Shown one piece after another: positions 26,844 to 40,559 of a stretch of DNA of 64,000 nucleotides (its first letter is position 1; every line of letters starts with the position of its first letter). The notes beneath the pieces are model-generated. The model searched no databases and was not told where the DNA came from. It saw nothing but the letters and a program-made list of their open reading frames with translations. The position numbers and the translations under genes were made by a program. The stretch is from Octopus sinensis (taxonomy: Eukaryota): the NCBI RefSeq assembly GCF_006345805.1, contig NC_043003.1:9548001-9612000 (forward strand). The letters are read 5' to 3'.

Positions 26844-27464
26844 CAGTAGTTTTATTTTTATAGCGTGCTTTCACTTCACTACCGAGCGCAGCTCTGTGTG
26901 CCTTGGGTATGTGCTGTGATTTGTTGTGATGCTCTGATGGTTATTGTATGGAAAGTGTTCTGCGTAGGATGTGTGCAGTGCCTAGTAGTGCAATTTTCTG
27001 TATGTTATATGTGTTTGTAAGTCCTGGTGTTTTTGTTATGTATTTGTCTGAATATTTTTTTATCATGCCTAATGCACCTACTATGATAGGAATTGTTTCT
27101 GTTTTCAGATTCCACATTCTAGTTACCTCTATTTCCAGGTCTTTGTATTTTGAGAGTTTCTCCATTTCTTTTAGAGACACGTTGTCATCTGCCGGTATTG
27201 ATACATCAATTAGAAAGCATTTTTTTTCTTCATGATCTCTGACAACTATATCTGGTCTGTTGGCCTTAATTTCTCTATCTGTGTGTATCGGCATATCCCA
27301 GAGTATGGTTGCTTTCTCGTTTTCTGTGACCTTTTCTGGTGTGTGCCTATACCATCTTTTTTCTGTTGTTATTCCATAATGTTGGCATAGCTTCCAATGT
27401 ATGTAGGTTCCAACTCTGTCATGTCTGTGAATATATTCCTTCTTAGCCAGGACTGGGCAGCTAG
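26844..27464 (-). mobile_element. R4/Dong-like 3' fragment (RLE domain), copy 2 of the tandem pair
   Basis: 708-bp offset from copy 1, same 5' truncation point. Reads SCPVLAKKEYIHRHDRVG...RPD...KYKDL in frame. Confidence 0.92.
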
Positions 27465-27474
27465 AGATTTGTTA

Positions 27475-27527
<53 letters not shown>

Positions 27528-27778
27528 GTTATTATTTCATTACACAAGTCTTGACTCGTTCCAATTTGGTCAAGTATTTTCGTGGATAAGGCGCACATTA
27601 AGTGGTCATTTTTTGTTATCCGAAATACTTGATTTTGAACTGTATTTTAGAAATAAATTTTACACGAAGATCGTTTTGGAATAAAAAAAAGAGAAATCCG
27701 TTATTCAGAAAACTTTTAGCCGTAATCTTTTTCAAATGGATTCTGATCTTACGATGAGATAGATTATAACGAATTCTG

Positions 27779-28163
27779 AGGCGTGGCTCTGTGGTGAGAA
27801 GCTTGCTTCCCAACCATATGGTTCCCTGTTCAGTCCCACTGTGTGGCACCTCTACAAAAGTCTCCTACTATAGCCTCGGCCCGACTAAAGCCTTCTGTGT
27901 GGATTTCGTAGACGGAAACTGAAAGAAGCCCGGGGTATATATATATATATGTATTCGTTGTTTGTGTCTGTGTTTATCCCCCCATCATCGCTTGACAACC
28001 GATGCTGGTGTATTTACAGCTCCGTAAAGTAGCGGTGTGGCAAAAGAGACTGATAGAATAAGAACTAGACTAGCAAAGAATAAGTCCTGGGGTCGATTTG
28101 TTCGACTAAAGGCGGAGCTTCAGCATGGTCGCAGTCATTTGACTGCAACAAGTAAAAGAATAA
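27779..28163 (+). mobile_element. tRNA-derived SINE, family C
   Basis: tggctctgtggtgagaagcttgcttcccaacc head and gacggaaactgaaagaagccc body; same family as 44603. Confidence 0.8.
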
Positions 28164-29100
28164 ATCTTTAAGTAAATTTTTGGGAATAATATGGGGGAGA
28201 GAAACATACTATTTTAGAGTTATGGAAGAAAATCAAGATTCATTATTGTGCAAAGAAGATTGAAATGCCAGTTCGTGAATTAAGAAAAGAATCGTAAATG
28301 TATGTGAGAAGGAAGGCTGTTTTCCCCAGATTAGTACTGAATGATTGTGATTCTAAATCAGAAGAATCTACACAGAGATATACTATTACCAGTTCTAAAG
28401 CAGTTAGTTGTCAAAGGCTTCGAAAAAATTTTCTGTAGTGAGTGGAAAGAAATGTGATTAACCATCACCATAAATCCAGCTGGCGAAAGCTAGTTCCATA
28501 TTTTGGGGCCAGACTCATTGTTTATTCCACAAATTTTAAATGATGGACTCCAAATGTCAAGAAGTTTAGAAAAAAAAATTGATGACTGGTATATCGACGT
28601 CCGAGCAATTTTACACTCATTTAAAACAATGTACGGTCAAAAATTGCACATTTTATGTAACAACTGTATTGAAAATAGAAGAAAGAACAGTGAGATAGTG
28701 TTACACAGAGATTTCAACTAATGAAAAACGAAAAGGTATAGTTTTATTAATCTTCAAGTGAAACGACAGTGAGTTATATAAACACAGCGGGAAAAAATAT
28801 TACGTCACCATATTATGTCACAGGTCTCAGCCGTTGGAATGCAGCCCTTCTGAGGCACTATCTTGAAATGTTTTAAGCTGTCATAAAAATGCACTTTTTA
28901 TTCAAGTTTGATAATTAATTATTTGTACCTTATTGGTGATTACAGGACACATAGATACATCAATATCAGAATAACTATATAACTATTTATATTGATGTAA
29001 CTTTAGCAAAAATTCAGGCTTACTCGCACACATACACATATATCTATGCATACGTTTACACGCAATCACACACACATACATACATACATACATACATACA

Positions 29101-29154
<54 letters not shown>

Positions 29155-30411
29155 GGTTATAAGAGATAATGGTGTCATTGAGACCCAAAGCTGTCAGGTA
29201 ATGCTGGATAAGTGCTATAGACAGACCATAGTTAAGTTCCAGATTCGGTAATATTGCAAATTAAGGGTTCAACGTTGGTTCTATGTCACCGTGTATATAT
29301 ATGAATTTTTTGCGTGCTCTAATATCTATACAGCCTTGATTTTTTTTATCTCATTACGCAATAAATTCATATATATATATGTATATATATATATATTATA
29401 TATATATATATATATACAAATATTAAATTTCGTAATATTAGTGTCCGTCCTAGAATCAGGTCAGCGTTAAGTATCAGTAAAGAATGCAACAGAGATATTT
29501 AGAAACGTAAAATTTGAGACTTGTATTGTTAACTATGAATGATTTATAGAACAGAATTGTTCAGAAAGAAAAATGTACATTGGTTCAGTTGATAGCGTTC
29601 GTTATGCACTCCGCTTCAAGGATTTTAATTAGAAATACAGTTACAAAATTGAATGAAGCATATTTTTTTTGTAATTGAATTCATCCAAGTGACTGGGTAA
29701 AGACGCTGTTTTTACGGTACACATAGTCCAAAATATTTCTCATGTATTTTCTTCGTGTTTTCAATTATATTCATGTGTACACCAGTAAAGGGTGCTATGA
29801 AATTCGGAGACTCATTAACAATGTTCATTATTTCAAATGTATCTTTCGTTAAGAAGAATGAATTGAGCAAGTTATTTTATTACAACAATTTGCAGTTGTT
29901 TCATATGATGATTTCTATATCATAAATATTACTATATTATGCAGCTAAGCAATTGTATATACATCGATTGATTCATGTGGTGTCGTTCTAATAAACATAC
30001 CTAGTTCGATTCTTCAGAATCATGCATAAAATTTATTGATAGGGTAAAATCCAAGGTTAAAACTCGAATGAAATTATATAATATACGAGTATATATATAT
30101 ATATGAAATATGACAGGGAATAGCAGTTATAGGTAATCAACTTGTACCCAGTCAGTAACACAATCTATATTACTGTAGCCTTCTCTCAAATCTCCTCTCT
30201 TTATCCTCTACATCAATTTTTCACTAAGTGTGCTCCTCTCACTAACGTATACAAGTGTATGGCAACCATTCGCCTTTTGATGTTTAATCTGAATTCATCT
30301 AAAAACAAATGAAATATTCACATGATTTCAAATCTGAGTGGACGACAGCTTTCGAAAGAGGAAATCATTATTGTTTATTATGAGACTTACCACACTTGTC
30401 AGATGATAATA

Positions 30412-30808
30412 TCCGTTTCTACTCTAGGCACAAGGCCCGAAATTTTGGGGGAGGGGGCAATCGATTACATCGACCCCACTACACAACTGGTACTTAATTT
30501 ATCGACCCCGAAAGGATGAAAGGCAAAGTCGACCTCGGCGGAATTTGAACTCAGAACGTAGCGGCAGACGAAATACCTATTTCTTTACTACCCACAAGGG
30601 GCTAAACACAGAGAGGACAAACAAGGACAGACAAACGGATTAAATCGATTATATCGACCCCAGTGCGTAACTGGTACTTATTTAATCGACCCCGAAAGGA
30701 TGAAAGGCAAAGTCGACCTCGGTGGAATTTGAACTCAGAACGTAGCGGCAGACGAAATACGGCTAAGCCTTTCGTCCGGCATGCTGACGAATCTGCTAGC
30801 TCACCACC
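30412..30808 (-). mobile_element. Family A SINE dimer
   Basis: Head-core-tail2 joined to headless core-tail1 at GAAATACCTATTTC (30570-30583). Confidence 0.85.
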
Positions 30809-31260
30809 TTGTCTGATGACAATATCAAACACCCTTGTCTTCGTGAAGAAGCCAATAACGATATAATTTTCCGACTGCCATGGAAGACTCTGTTATTTTT
30901 TAGGACCTTATATCTCTATCTTGAAGGCAACATTGATTATTGAATTTCCTTTGAGGACGTTGGACAGTAGATATGTTCTTTTTCTTCGTAAGGAATATCA
31001 AATATACAGAATATGGATGGAAATGCGACAGGAACATTGTATGATGTAGCACTTTCTGACATAATTTTATGGAGGGCATACCAACGCCATCTACAATGTT
31101 CTGTTTTCAAAAAAACATTATGAGCATAAAAGGAACATTGCAAAAGTGGGAAAAAAGAACTTGGGAGAAAATAGGTGTGTAAAAAGAGCATAAAAATAAG
31201 AAAATATATGAAAATAAAAAATAACGCTACGAAATGAGGAAGCAAGAAAAGAAAATAATA

Positions 31261-31670
31261 TTTATTTCTTTATTGCCCACAGAGGGCTAAACATAGAGGG
31301 GACAAACAGGAACAGACAAAGGGTTTACGTCGATTACATCGACGTCAGTGCGTAACTGGTACTTATTTAATCGACCCCAAAAGGCAAAGTCGACCTCGGC
31401 AGAATTTGAACTCAGAACGTAGTGGCAGACGAAATACGTATTTCTTTATTACCCACAGGGGGCTAAACACAGAGGGAACAAACAGGAACAGACAAAGGTA
31501 TTAAGTCGATTACATCGAGCCCAGTGCGTAACTGGTACTTAATTTATCGACCCCGAAAGGATGAAAGGCAAAGTCGACCTCGGCGGAATTTGAACTTACA
31601 ACGTAACAGCAGACGAAATGCCACTAAGCATTTCGCTCGGCATGCTAACGATTCTGCCAGCTCGCCGGCC
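31261..31670 (-). mobile_element. Family A SINE multimer
   Basis: Head-core-tail2 followed by headless core-tail2; junction GAAATACGTATTTC at 31431-31444. Confidence 0.85.
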
Positions 31671-31910
31671 TTAAGAGAAAAAATATTGAAGAGGTAAAAT
31701 GCAGAGGAGGATAAAATTGTAGAAATGGAGAAGTGCAAGAAAACGAAAAAGACAAAGAAATAAGATTACAGAAAGAAACAAGCATAAAAAGAAAGCTCAA
31801 GGAAGTGAAAGTCCAAAATTGGATAGCAGTCCTGGAGAGAAAATCTGTGGAAAAATTATTGACAGGTGAAATGACCACTGCTACGTTTAATTATGAATCT
31901 AATTATTACT

Positions 31911-32230
31911 ACGGAGATGTACTCGCATAGCAAGTGATTTGATCTGCGATCGTGTGCTGGAACGAAAACAATTGCAGCGTGGAAGGTGTGTGTAAGCTAT
32001 TTAAGAAACACACAAAAGCCGTTCGATTCACTTCAACATTTAAGTTTAATTTGTCAAAATATTTCCGTCGCTAAAATCCGCGACCTGTTCACTGACAAAA
32101 ATCCGAGATGCAGGTCGCGGATTTTAGCGACGAAAATATTTTGACAAATTAAACTTAAATGTTGAAGTGAATCGAACGGCTTTTGTGTGTTTCTTAAATG
32201 GTTTACAAACACCTTCCACGCACCAATTGA
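31911..32230 (-). mobile_element. Asymmetric fold-back element, copy 2 of the 9355 family
   Basis: Same tail as 9553-9612 in the opposite orientation, ~120-bp inverted arms, direct repeat TAATTATTACT at 31900-31910 and 32231-32241. Confidence 0.8.
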
Positions 32231-34069
32231 TAATTATTACTATTTTTCAGTAAAACTATATTCCTCTTCTCTGTGTATACACATTTGAAAACTTTGGTAC
32301 CTGTAAGTAACACAAGAGTAATTAGAAATGTATTTTTCAACAGTAAATTCTATTTGCCCGCAACTGAGCCACCAAATTTATAATGGATCATATTTTGGAT
32401 AAAACCTCTAAATCAAAAGCACTTTCTTGAAATCCTTGAATTATGCATTTCAAATATCATGTGAGGTAAAAAGGAAAATATCTGGTAAAGTGAGTTTGTT
32501 CCTCTTTGTACGAAGAAATATTTTTTTCGCAAAATTGGCTCTCTTAACCTTGTACACAATAAGGAGCTATACATGTTACAGATATTATAGGTGACGCTAA
32601 AAAGAATCACTATATCACAATAGAAATTGTCCAGGAACATGATTAATGAAATTCTGTTTTTCCCAGAATACACTCGTCATATTGATTCGACATATTTGCA
32701 AGTGATTTTTATCGCAAATTACTTTCCAAATTGATTGATCTTGCTAAAAATTGATGTATATTTCAGTTAGTCTGTTATCATATGGAGACAACTGATTTAC
32801 ATAAAAAAAAGGTTCCACATAATATGTCCCATAATTTGTACATTAATGAATTTCACGTTATTATGTCCACAACTCCAATCTTCACAACAGAGAAAGAAAC
32901 CGGTTTTATTTCAAATATTTTATATCATGATACTGTTTTAATTGGCCCTGTAAATTTTACCTTGTGACTACAGTATTCCTAGATAAATTATATGCTATTA
33001 ATTTGTTTCAAACCAATTCACAATGAAGTGATAGTATTGAAGCGTTATTGCACATTCGCTGTGAAGTACGTCACAAAGTATCAAAGAAATAATACTATTT
33101 AACCGCCATATAAATATTTGACGATTCGTTGCATCTGCTTTTCAAACATTCAGCAGTCTTTACGTCCTGATAGGGCTTAAGTTATATGTTAAGTGTGATG
33201 TATTTTGTTATTCATAAAATTTCCATCGTTATTCAAATTTCTGTGGAGTCAATTTCTATTTTTTAACTTAAAGCATTTTCTGTATTGTATAAGAATATAT
33301 TACAATGGCATCTATTGTAAGTGCATAGTGAAGCAACGAGAGCATGTCACACTTTTGTGCCCGATGCTGAACACCGTGAGTAATAACATTTATAACTGCC
33401 ATACTTACATAGAATTTTGCATAATGCGTTGGTTGTTTGAAATGCACTCGGTGTTTTGTGGTTTTGTGTTAGTGTGTAAGCCTTCCGTCTGGTGATTTTG
33501 CAGTGTATTCTGAATTTGAGCTTGAGGGCCAGGTGTAATATGTGTTACACTTCTTTTCATGGATTTTGATGACGTGTTCATCCATTTTGTAATAGGAGTG
33601 TATTTCGTTTTCTACAATATGTATGGTTTATTTGTATGCGCGTCAGTAATTTTGTCATTTTATTGTTGTAATTTGTCTGGACTACTAATTTACTAGAATA
33701 CTTATTATTAAACTCTAATAGTGCTAGATCACATTATTATAAACTCCTTTAGTAGATGAACATTTAAAAGCTACTCTAAGAGGGGATTCGACAAATAAAA
33801 TATTGTATATATGGCGACATTCTCTCATAGCGCGTTTATGTCATTCAAAAATTTGTATCCGTAATGAGAGTCTAAAATTCAGACGTTAAAGTATAGGGGT
33901 AGGTTCTGTTTTCAGAATGAAAGTCTTCTCGAGAAATAATCATTAAAATTATAATATATTTTACAAAGCATGGGATAGAGTGAAATAGAATAAAGTGAAA
34001 TTGGATTTTTTATACTTTTCCTGCATTACTGATTATCTATCGATATCTATAACTATCTCACAACGCTCA

Positions 34070-34127
<58 letters not shown>

Positions 34128-34477
34128 GTCCCTTACATTATCTATCTATAGATCGATCTATCCGTCTACTTATCTGGTTAGATATCAATCAATCCATCTC
34201 CAAGGATTAGCTCTATTCAACATGAATATGATTATCTAAGATATAATCAATCTCACCGTTACTACAGTTTCTGCGATAGTAATTATGGATGATTTGTTTA
34301 TATATACACGTAAAATATACTTTATAAATACACGTTTTCAAATACACATCAAATACACGTCTTTCTATTACACATCACTTTCAATCAATATGAGCAAGAA
34401 TGACTAGCAAGCCCTAGTTCGTAAAGGTGTTGTCAAATTTCCTGCTATATTCAGTTATCATGAACATTTTCAAATTT

Positions 34478-34664
34478 TGGTACAAGGCCAGAAATTTATG
34501 GTGAGAAGATAAATCGATTACATTGACACCCGTGCTCAACTGGTACTTATTCTATCGACTCCGAAAAGATGAAAGGCAGTCAGCCTCGGTGGAATTTGAA
34601 CTCAGAACATTAAGAGAGATGAAATGCCGCCAAGCATTTTACCCGATTTTGCCGGCTCGCCGAC
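34478..34664 (-). mobile_element. tRNA-derived SINE, family A
   Basis: Head, central and tail motifs on the minus strand. Confidence 0.75.
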
Positions 34665-34889
34665 TTACCATGAACACTAATATTAACACCACAAAGACTG
34701 AGTACTAATCATGGATTACAGCTCAAGCTGACTCCAAGTACAATTGACGAGCTACGAACCATCTGACATGCCTAATCAATTCATTTATAACACAATAACT
34801 TTCCTGTAGGATAAAATAAGTCGCACTCATTTATTTAGAACAAAACAAACATTGGGCAATAACAAACATTGTTATCATACTATTTCTAA

Positions 34890-35098
34890 GGCGGCGAGCT
34901 GGGAGAAACGTTAGCACGCCGGGCGAAATTCTTAGCGGTATTTCGTCTGTCTTTAAGTTCTGAGTTCAATTTCCGCTGAGGTCGACTTTACCTTTCGGGG
35001 TCTATAAATTAAGTACTAGTTGCGTACTGTGGTCGATCTAATTTCACTGCTCCCCTCCTCCAAAATTTCGGGCCTTGTGCCCAGAGTAGAAAACGTTA
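34890..35098 (+). mobile_element. tRNA-derived SINE, family A
   Basis: ggcggcgagctgggagaaacgttagc...gttctgagttcaatttcc...gggccttgtgcccagagtagaaa. Confidence 0.88.
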
Positions 35099-35904
35099 TA
35101 CTGTTTCTATATATACATTTACTTTCCTCAGTTAAATCTACAAATTACGAAATATAATATCCATCAATCCAGATTGTAACAGCTTACTAAATATATAAGC
35201 TTTGATAAGCACCCAGTCCGTAAACACAGACGACAGAACCAAAGCTGTGCTATTATCAAGTAATTACTAGTTTCGATACTTAATAATGTACCACAGTGCC
35301 AGACAACTAACGTACGAAACGTATATTATTTCTCCCTGCCTAAGGTCCTCTGTAATTATTCATGAAAGGCTGGTCCCAGTTCGATGTACCAAATGTTGTC
35401 AAGTTTCAATCTTTCAGCAAAATTTTTGTCGTTGAATCTTTCTCTATTCAAAATAAAGCCGGTAAATGACAATTTTTTGCTGTCTGTGTTTACACCGGAA
35501 ACAATACGTGCATGCACACACCTTTTGTTGACAAGATTTCTACTCGCCGGTGTCGTTAAAATGTCTGCGTTGTCTTTTAGTTGTTGTTTACTATAAATAT
35601 TTTACTTTACAATTAAAACTACTTTTTTTGCTTGTTTTGTGTATGTGTCAAAAGTACGATATTGTACATTTTCCATTGTGTTTTTGTGAAATACTGTGTG
35701 ATATTCATAACCTTTTTTTTTTGTCCATGACCTGAAGGCAAACCTAAGCTGTAAAAAATGTAACACAGACCTTATACTTCTTTTTTGTCAACCTCTGAAA
35801 GAGGAGAATTCAAACTGCAGAAAGTTCTTTGTATGTTAGTATTCTTTGTAAAAAATGTATTTCCGAGCGAGGTTTAAGAAAACGTATACATTTGTAAATG
35901 ATAA

Positions 35905-36130
35905 AAATAATAAGTCACAAACTCTGATGCAAGTCCAGCAATTTTGACGGTTTGGAGTAGGTCAATACCATGGACCCAAGTACTTGACAGGTACTTTATT
36001 TTATCGACCTCGAAAAGATGAAAGACAAAGTTGACCTCGGCGGAATTTGAACTGAAAACGTAATGTGGTGGAACAAATATTGTAAGGCATTTTTTATTCG
36101 ACGCTCTGGTGATTATGGCATCTGGCCACC
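35905..36130 (-). mobile_element. tRNA-derived SINE, family A (degenerate)
   Basis: atcgacctcgaaaagatgaaagacaaagttgacctcggcggaatttgaac central motif. Confidence 0.7.
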
Positions 36131-36348
36131 TTGTAATAATGCTTGATAACTTAGACACAAGGCCTCTAATTATGAATGGAGGGAGAGTCGTCGATACTAT
36201 CGAATCCGTTACTTGGCAGGTCTTGGAGGGGTAAAAAGTAAAGTTAACATCAGAGGAATTTAATATGAGTACATAAATGAGAAGAAATTAGCCATAGTAT
36301 CTTGCCCGACTCATGAATGAAAGCGCCAGCTTTAACATTCGCAATATC

Positions 36349-36393
<45 letters not shown>

Positions 36394-36399
36394 GTAATA

Positions 36400-37400
36400 G
36401 ATCGAAGATCAATAATGATAATAACCATGAACAAGTGCTTTCAATCATGTGGTAACCGTACCTCCCCCATAATGAAGGTGGAAGCGGGTTAATTGGTGTA
36501 GAAGAATGTGTGAGATTTGAGCGCATTTCATTGTATGAGTTTTTACAGTCATGTAATAAATGGATGCTGAAGGCAGCGCTGAATGAGAGATTTCTAGTAG
36601 AGATAGAATATTTAGTTGATTTTAAGAATCGGGTATATGAAGAGATGGTAGGATTGTGGAAAGGGAAACCATTGCGCGGAGCGTTTTCACAAGAAATACT
36701 GAGGCTGAAATGGACCCAAGTCAGGGAGATGGTTGAAGAATGCTTATCTGAAGAGAGAGACCGAAGGAATAATCTTTGCTGCCCAAGAGTAGGCTTTGAG
36801 AACGAAGCTCTCATTTGTCCACACATCAGTCACCACTGGTCACAAATTATGGGTAGGAGATTGAAACTGTACGTTACAATTTCAGTGGCTGCTCATAATT
36901 AGCACAGGAGAAGTACTGGCGTCGCTATAAGATCGTTCTTAGGGTGTACTGGAAACTCTGTATGAAATGCTTTCTTCGTGTACATTTAATTGCTATGATC
37001 ATGTCCCGCAGTTTTTGGTTAAGAATGCGCGATAAAGTACCTGTGGGATATGACCATCTTTACTAACAGGTGCGTAGAACATAATCGCTTTGACGTCACG
37101 ACTGTGCACACATGAATGAATCATTGTAAAAGTCGGTGTTTCTGCTGACCAGAATGTTTAAATTACCGAGGGAGTGAAGGTAGACAAATACCAAGATTTG
37201 GCAAGCCAGGCACGAGAAATACATCAAGCAACAGTCAAAATTGCCCCTTTTGTTATCTGTGCACCCGGAACAATTTCAAAGAATCTGGATGCAGTACCTG
37301 AGATCTTCGGCTTACATATTTTATGGAAATGTAGAAATGAGTGCGTTGTTTTCAGCAGCTCCTGTGGGGAAGAAAGTGTTGAGTCTTGGAGCTGTTGGCG
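36400..37400 (+). mobile_element. Old R4/Dong-like ORF fragment after (TAA)n
   Basis: LWKGKPLRGAF (compare W..KPLHG.F) and KVDKYQDLA...IAPFVICAPG RLE remnants. Confidence 0.6.
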
Positions 37401-38405
37401 GGAGCTGAGGCATAATTACACAAAATCCGACTGTGAAACGTCTAAGTGTTGGGAAAACAACGAAGATATGTTTCTTTTAATCGACCCCAGTACTTCACTG
37501 AACTTCAGAATGACGAAAGATAAAATAAGAGTTCCAAGAACACATACTCAGTGTCTGTAGAGACCCCAATATACGTAAATAAATTAAAAGGTCGCCGAGA
37601 AGTATGCGCAACTAGATGAAACAGAAGAATTCATTGTGGAAGAAAAACAAAGAAAAGCAGAAACCAAATCGAACGAAATCTCAGAGCAGTTTAATAGCAA
37701 CAAGAAAAAAGAGAAAACAAGTCTCGAGGAAAAAATCAGGTAAAAACTAAACACTAAATGTCAACAAATACTATATGAGAATCTTCAAAAGCTCTTCAGA
37801 AACAATATTAGGAAATTTTACTAATAGCTGAGCCATGAGAATTAACACCAAGGGAATGATTTAGCAAATACTGAAGTATTTGTTATGTCATACGATCAAA
37901 TATTTGGAGCAAAGCGGTTCAATACACTTGTGAGTTGAACTGGTTATAGAAGTTTAAAATTGAAATGGCCTAACGATAAAATGTTTACAAATATACCAAA
38001 TACAGTAAAAGCTTCTCGATCCTATGTTGTTAGTGGATTCTGCTTTTAAAATCTTACAACACTGCGCAACTACATAGATTGTTTCTTACAAACTTTAAAG
38101 AATGTGGAACGCCGACATGTGTGGCAAGCAAAAGAACTGTTCATACAGAAGGACAGGTAATAGGGCGGAGCGTAAATTAGAAATTATAGGCCTGTGACAT
38201 GTTCAGCATCATTATGAAAGGTACTGTCTTCAGATCAGAAAAAACTGAACTGTTTTCCGGTGAAAAATATTGTGAAACCAGAAGAGCAAATAAAATGTAG
38301 AAATAGATAAATGGTTGATTGATACTACGAGAAGAACGAATAAGAACGGAGTACTTATCTGTTGGCTTATATAGACTACAGGAAAGCATACGATAATGCC
38401 CAATA

Positions 38406-39900
38406 CACTGCGTCCCAAGTTTTTAGGCAAATCATCCTTCTCTCAATAAATAAATATATATTCGTTCAAAACCAGTTGTTTCCCCACTGATTGTTGGCAA
38501 CACCAATGTGCGCACGTTCTGTTAAAATAAATCGGATCTGCGCAGACGCCAATAAATGGCGGCCATTTTTGTGATTGGGAAACATTTTCACCGTCACAAA
38601 TTATTAGGCAAGTATAATAAAAATGATAATTGTGTCAGAACAAATATTTAATTCAGCAGTAAAGGTTCAACAATAAAATTATCCATAAAGGACTTAATGG
38701 CGAACATAATACTACGTTCGAATGAAAATAATCATGGGATTATGATGTCATACAGCTCCTAATGTTTGATGTATGATTCTCCACATGCAATAACATTCCT
38801 TATGCACTGATCCATTGAATTTATTATGGTGATGATATCTTCTTTTGTCATGCTTTGAGCAGCATCTACAATAGCACCCCAGAGGGAGATTTTACTTGAA
38901 AACTGCCGTCCATCTTGGTAAACGCGACTCTTCAGGACATTCCACAATTTCTCGATCGGGTTTAAGTCAGGGGAACAAGGTGGTCATCAAACGACCGACA
39001 GAGAAGCTCATTTGCTGCAGGTATTACTTAGAATTCTTCGATGCATGAGATGGGGTATTATCTTGTATGAAGACCAGCTTTCTCTTGAATGAAAGTTTTT
39101 GCTTTTTGAACCACGGTTGGGAATTGTCCTTTAAGGAGGTAACATGTGTTTTTGATGACATCTTAATGCCACCCGAGACTTCGCTGATTGATACCCAATC
39201 TTTACACCAGCCATCTGGTCCGTCATGGGTAGCACAGCATTCGTCAGTGAACAGAAATGTTGAAAAATATATCTTCATGTATTCTTCTGCCCATTTCAAT
39301 CTCTTCTGCTTATGAACAGCCTTCAGAGGGGTCCTTGTAGCAGGTTTAACATTCCTGTCTACCTGCTTCAAGAAGTGACACCTGGCAGTTTTAGATACCT
39401 CCTCCCTGTCACGACGTTTGAAGACTTCTCTACTTGTCAGATATGAGTTCTGCACAACTTCCCTTTTAAACCGTGATAAAATACGATTCGAAGCAACCCT
39501 CGAATGGCCCTTATCTGCCCTCGATCGGACAGAAATAGGAGACTGCAAAAATTTCTTCATTGTTCAGTGATCCCTTCCCAGTATTTTGGATACTTCTATG
39601 GTTATTTTCCTCTTCCAAGCTTTGACACGATGGTAGACCTCTCATTTGAGGTAAGATCACATTTCTGACCCTTAATGACACTTAAACTGGGTATCTGCCA
39701 AATAATTTAGGATAGCAGAAATGTTGTTGTTACACGATAATGGCTGCCGTTTGTTTTCGTCTGCGCAGATCCAATTTATTTCAACAGAAGTTGCGCAGGT
39801 AGGGGCTGCCAATAATCAGTGAGAAAACAACTGATTTTGAACGCATATACACTTATTTATTGAGAGAAAGTTGATTTGCTTAACAATACGGGACGCAGTG
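38406..39900 (-). mobile_element. Tc1-family DNA transposon, full length but inactivated
   Basis: TA at 38404-38405 and 39901-39902; ~165-bp TIRs starting CACTGCGTCC; transposase remnants FLFTDE, FIQDNTPSH, PPCSPDLNPIE. Start codon mutated; stops and frameshifts present. Confidence 0.93.
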
Positions 39901-40559
39901 TATTATCTTTCATAGTCATGCTATTGCGGTTTCTATATATTCATTTATTTAATATTTATTTATCTACTTGCTATTAAGTATCCTCTGTTATATCCTTTAA
40001 TGTGGTAGCATCTCCCCTAGAATGATGTTAACCGCACATGAATTTGAAGTTTTTGTAATTTTTATGCGCAATAATTTGTCCTTCGATATTTTACTCCATG
40101 TCTTGGTCCCTTGCGGCCAATAAAAGAAGCCATCATCTTTTATTGTCACCGAGAACGCTCGTGGTTAATGAGAAGATGAACAATTTATTAGAGAAGGTGA
40201 CGAGATCTTAAGAAACAAAACTAAACTGCAGAAGTGAATTATTAGAAAATGTGAAAGCGTGGAGAATAATATCCCAAGAGGACTCTCTGTCTCATATAAT
40301 GAGGAAAGTCACACCTGCAAAAAGAGATTGCTAAAACCAGGGCCAAAATAAATATTCTGCCATTCTTTGATAATCCGTACAGAAAGACTGAAAAATACAT
40401 GGAATCATTAGTTCAATCCGTAAGAATATTTGTTTATAGGTATGAGTCTTGGGCTGAATAAGTCTGCAGTTATTACAGAAACATAACTCAAGATGATATC
40501 ATTAGATTACCGGGAGATAATGAAGGATACAGTTACCTAGGAGGTAAGGACAAACTTTA

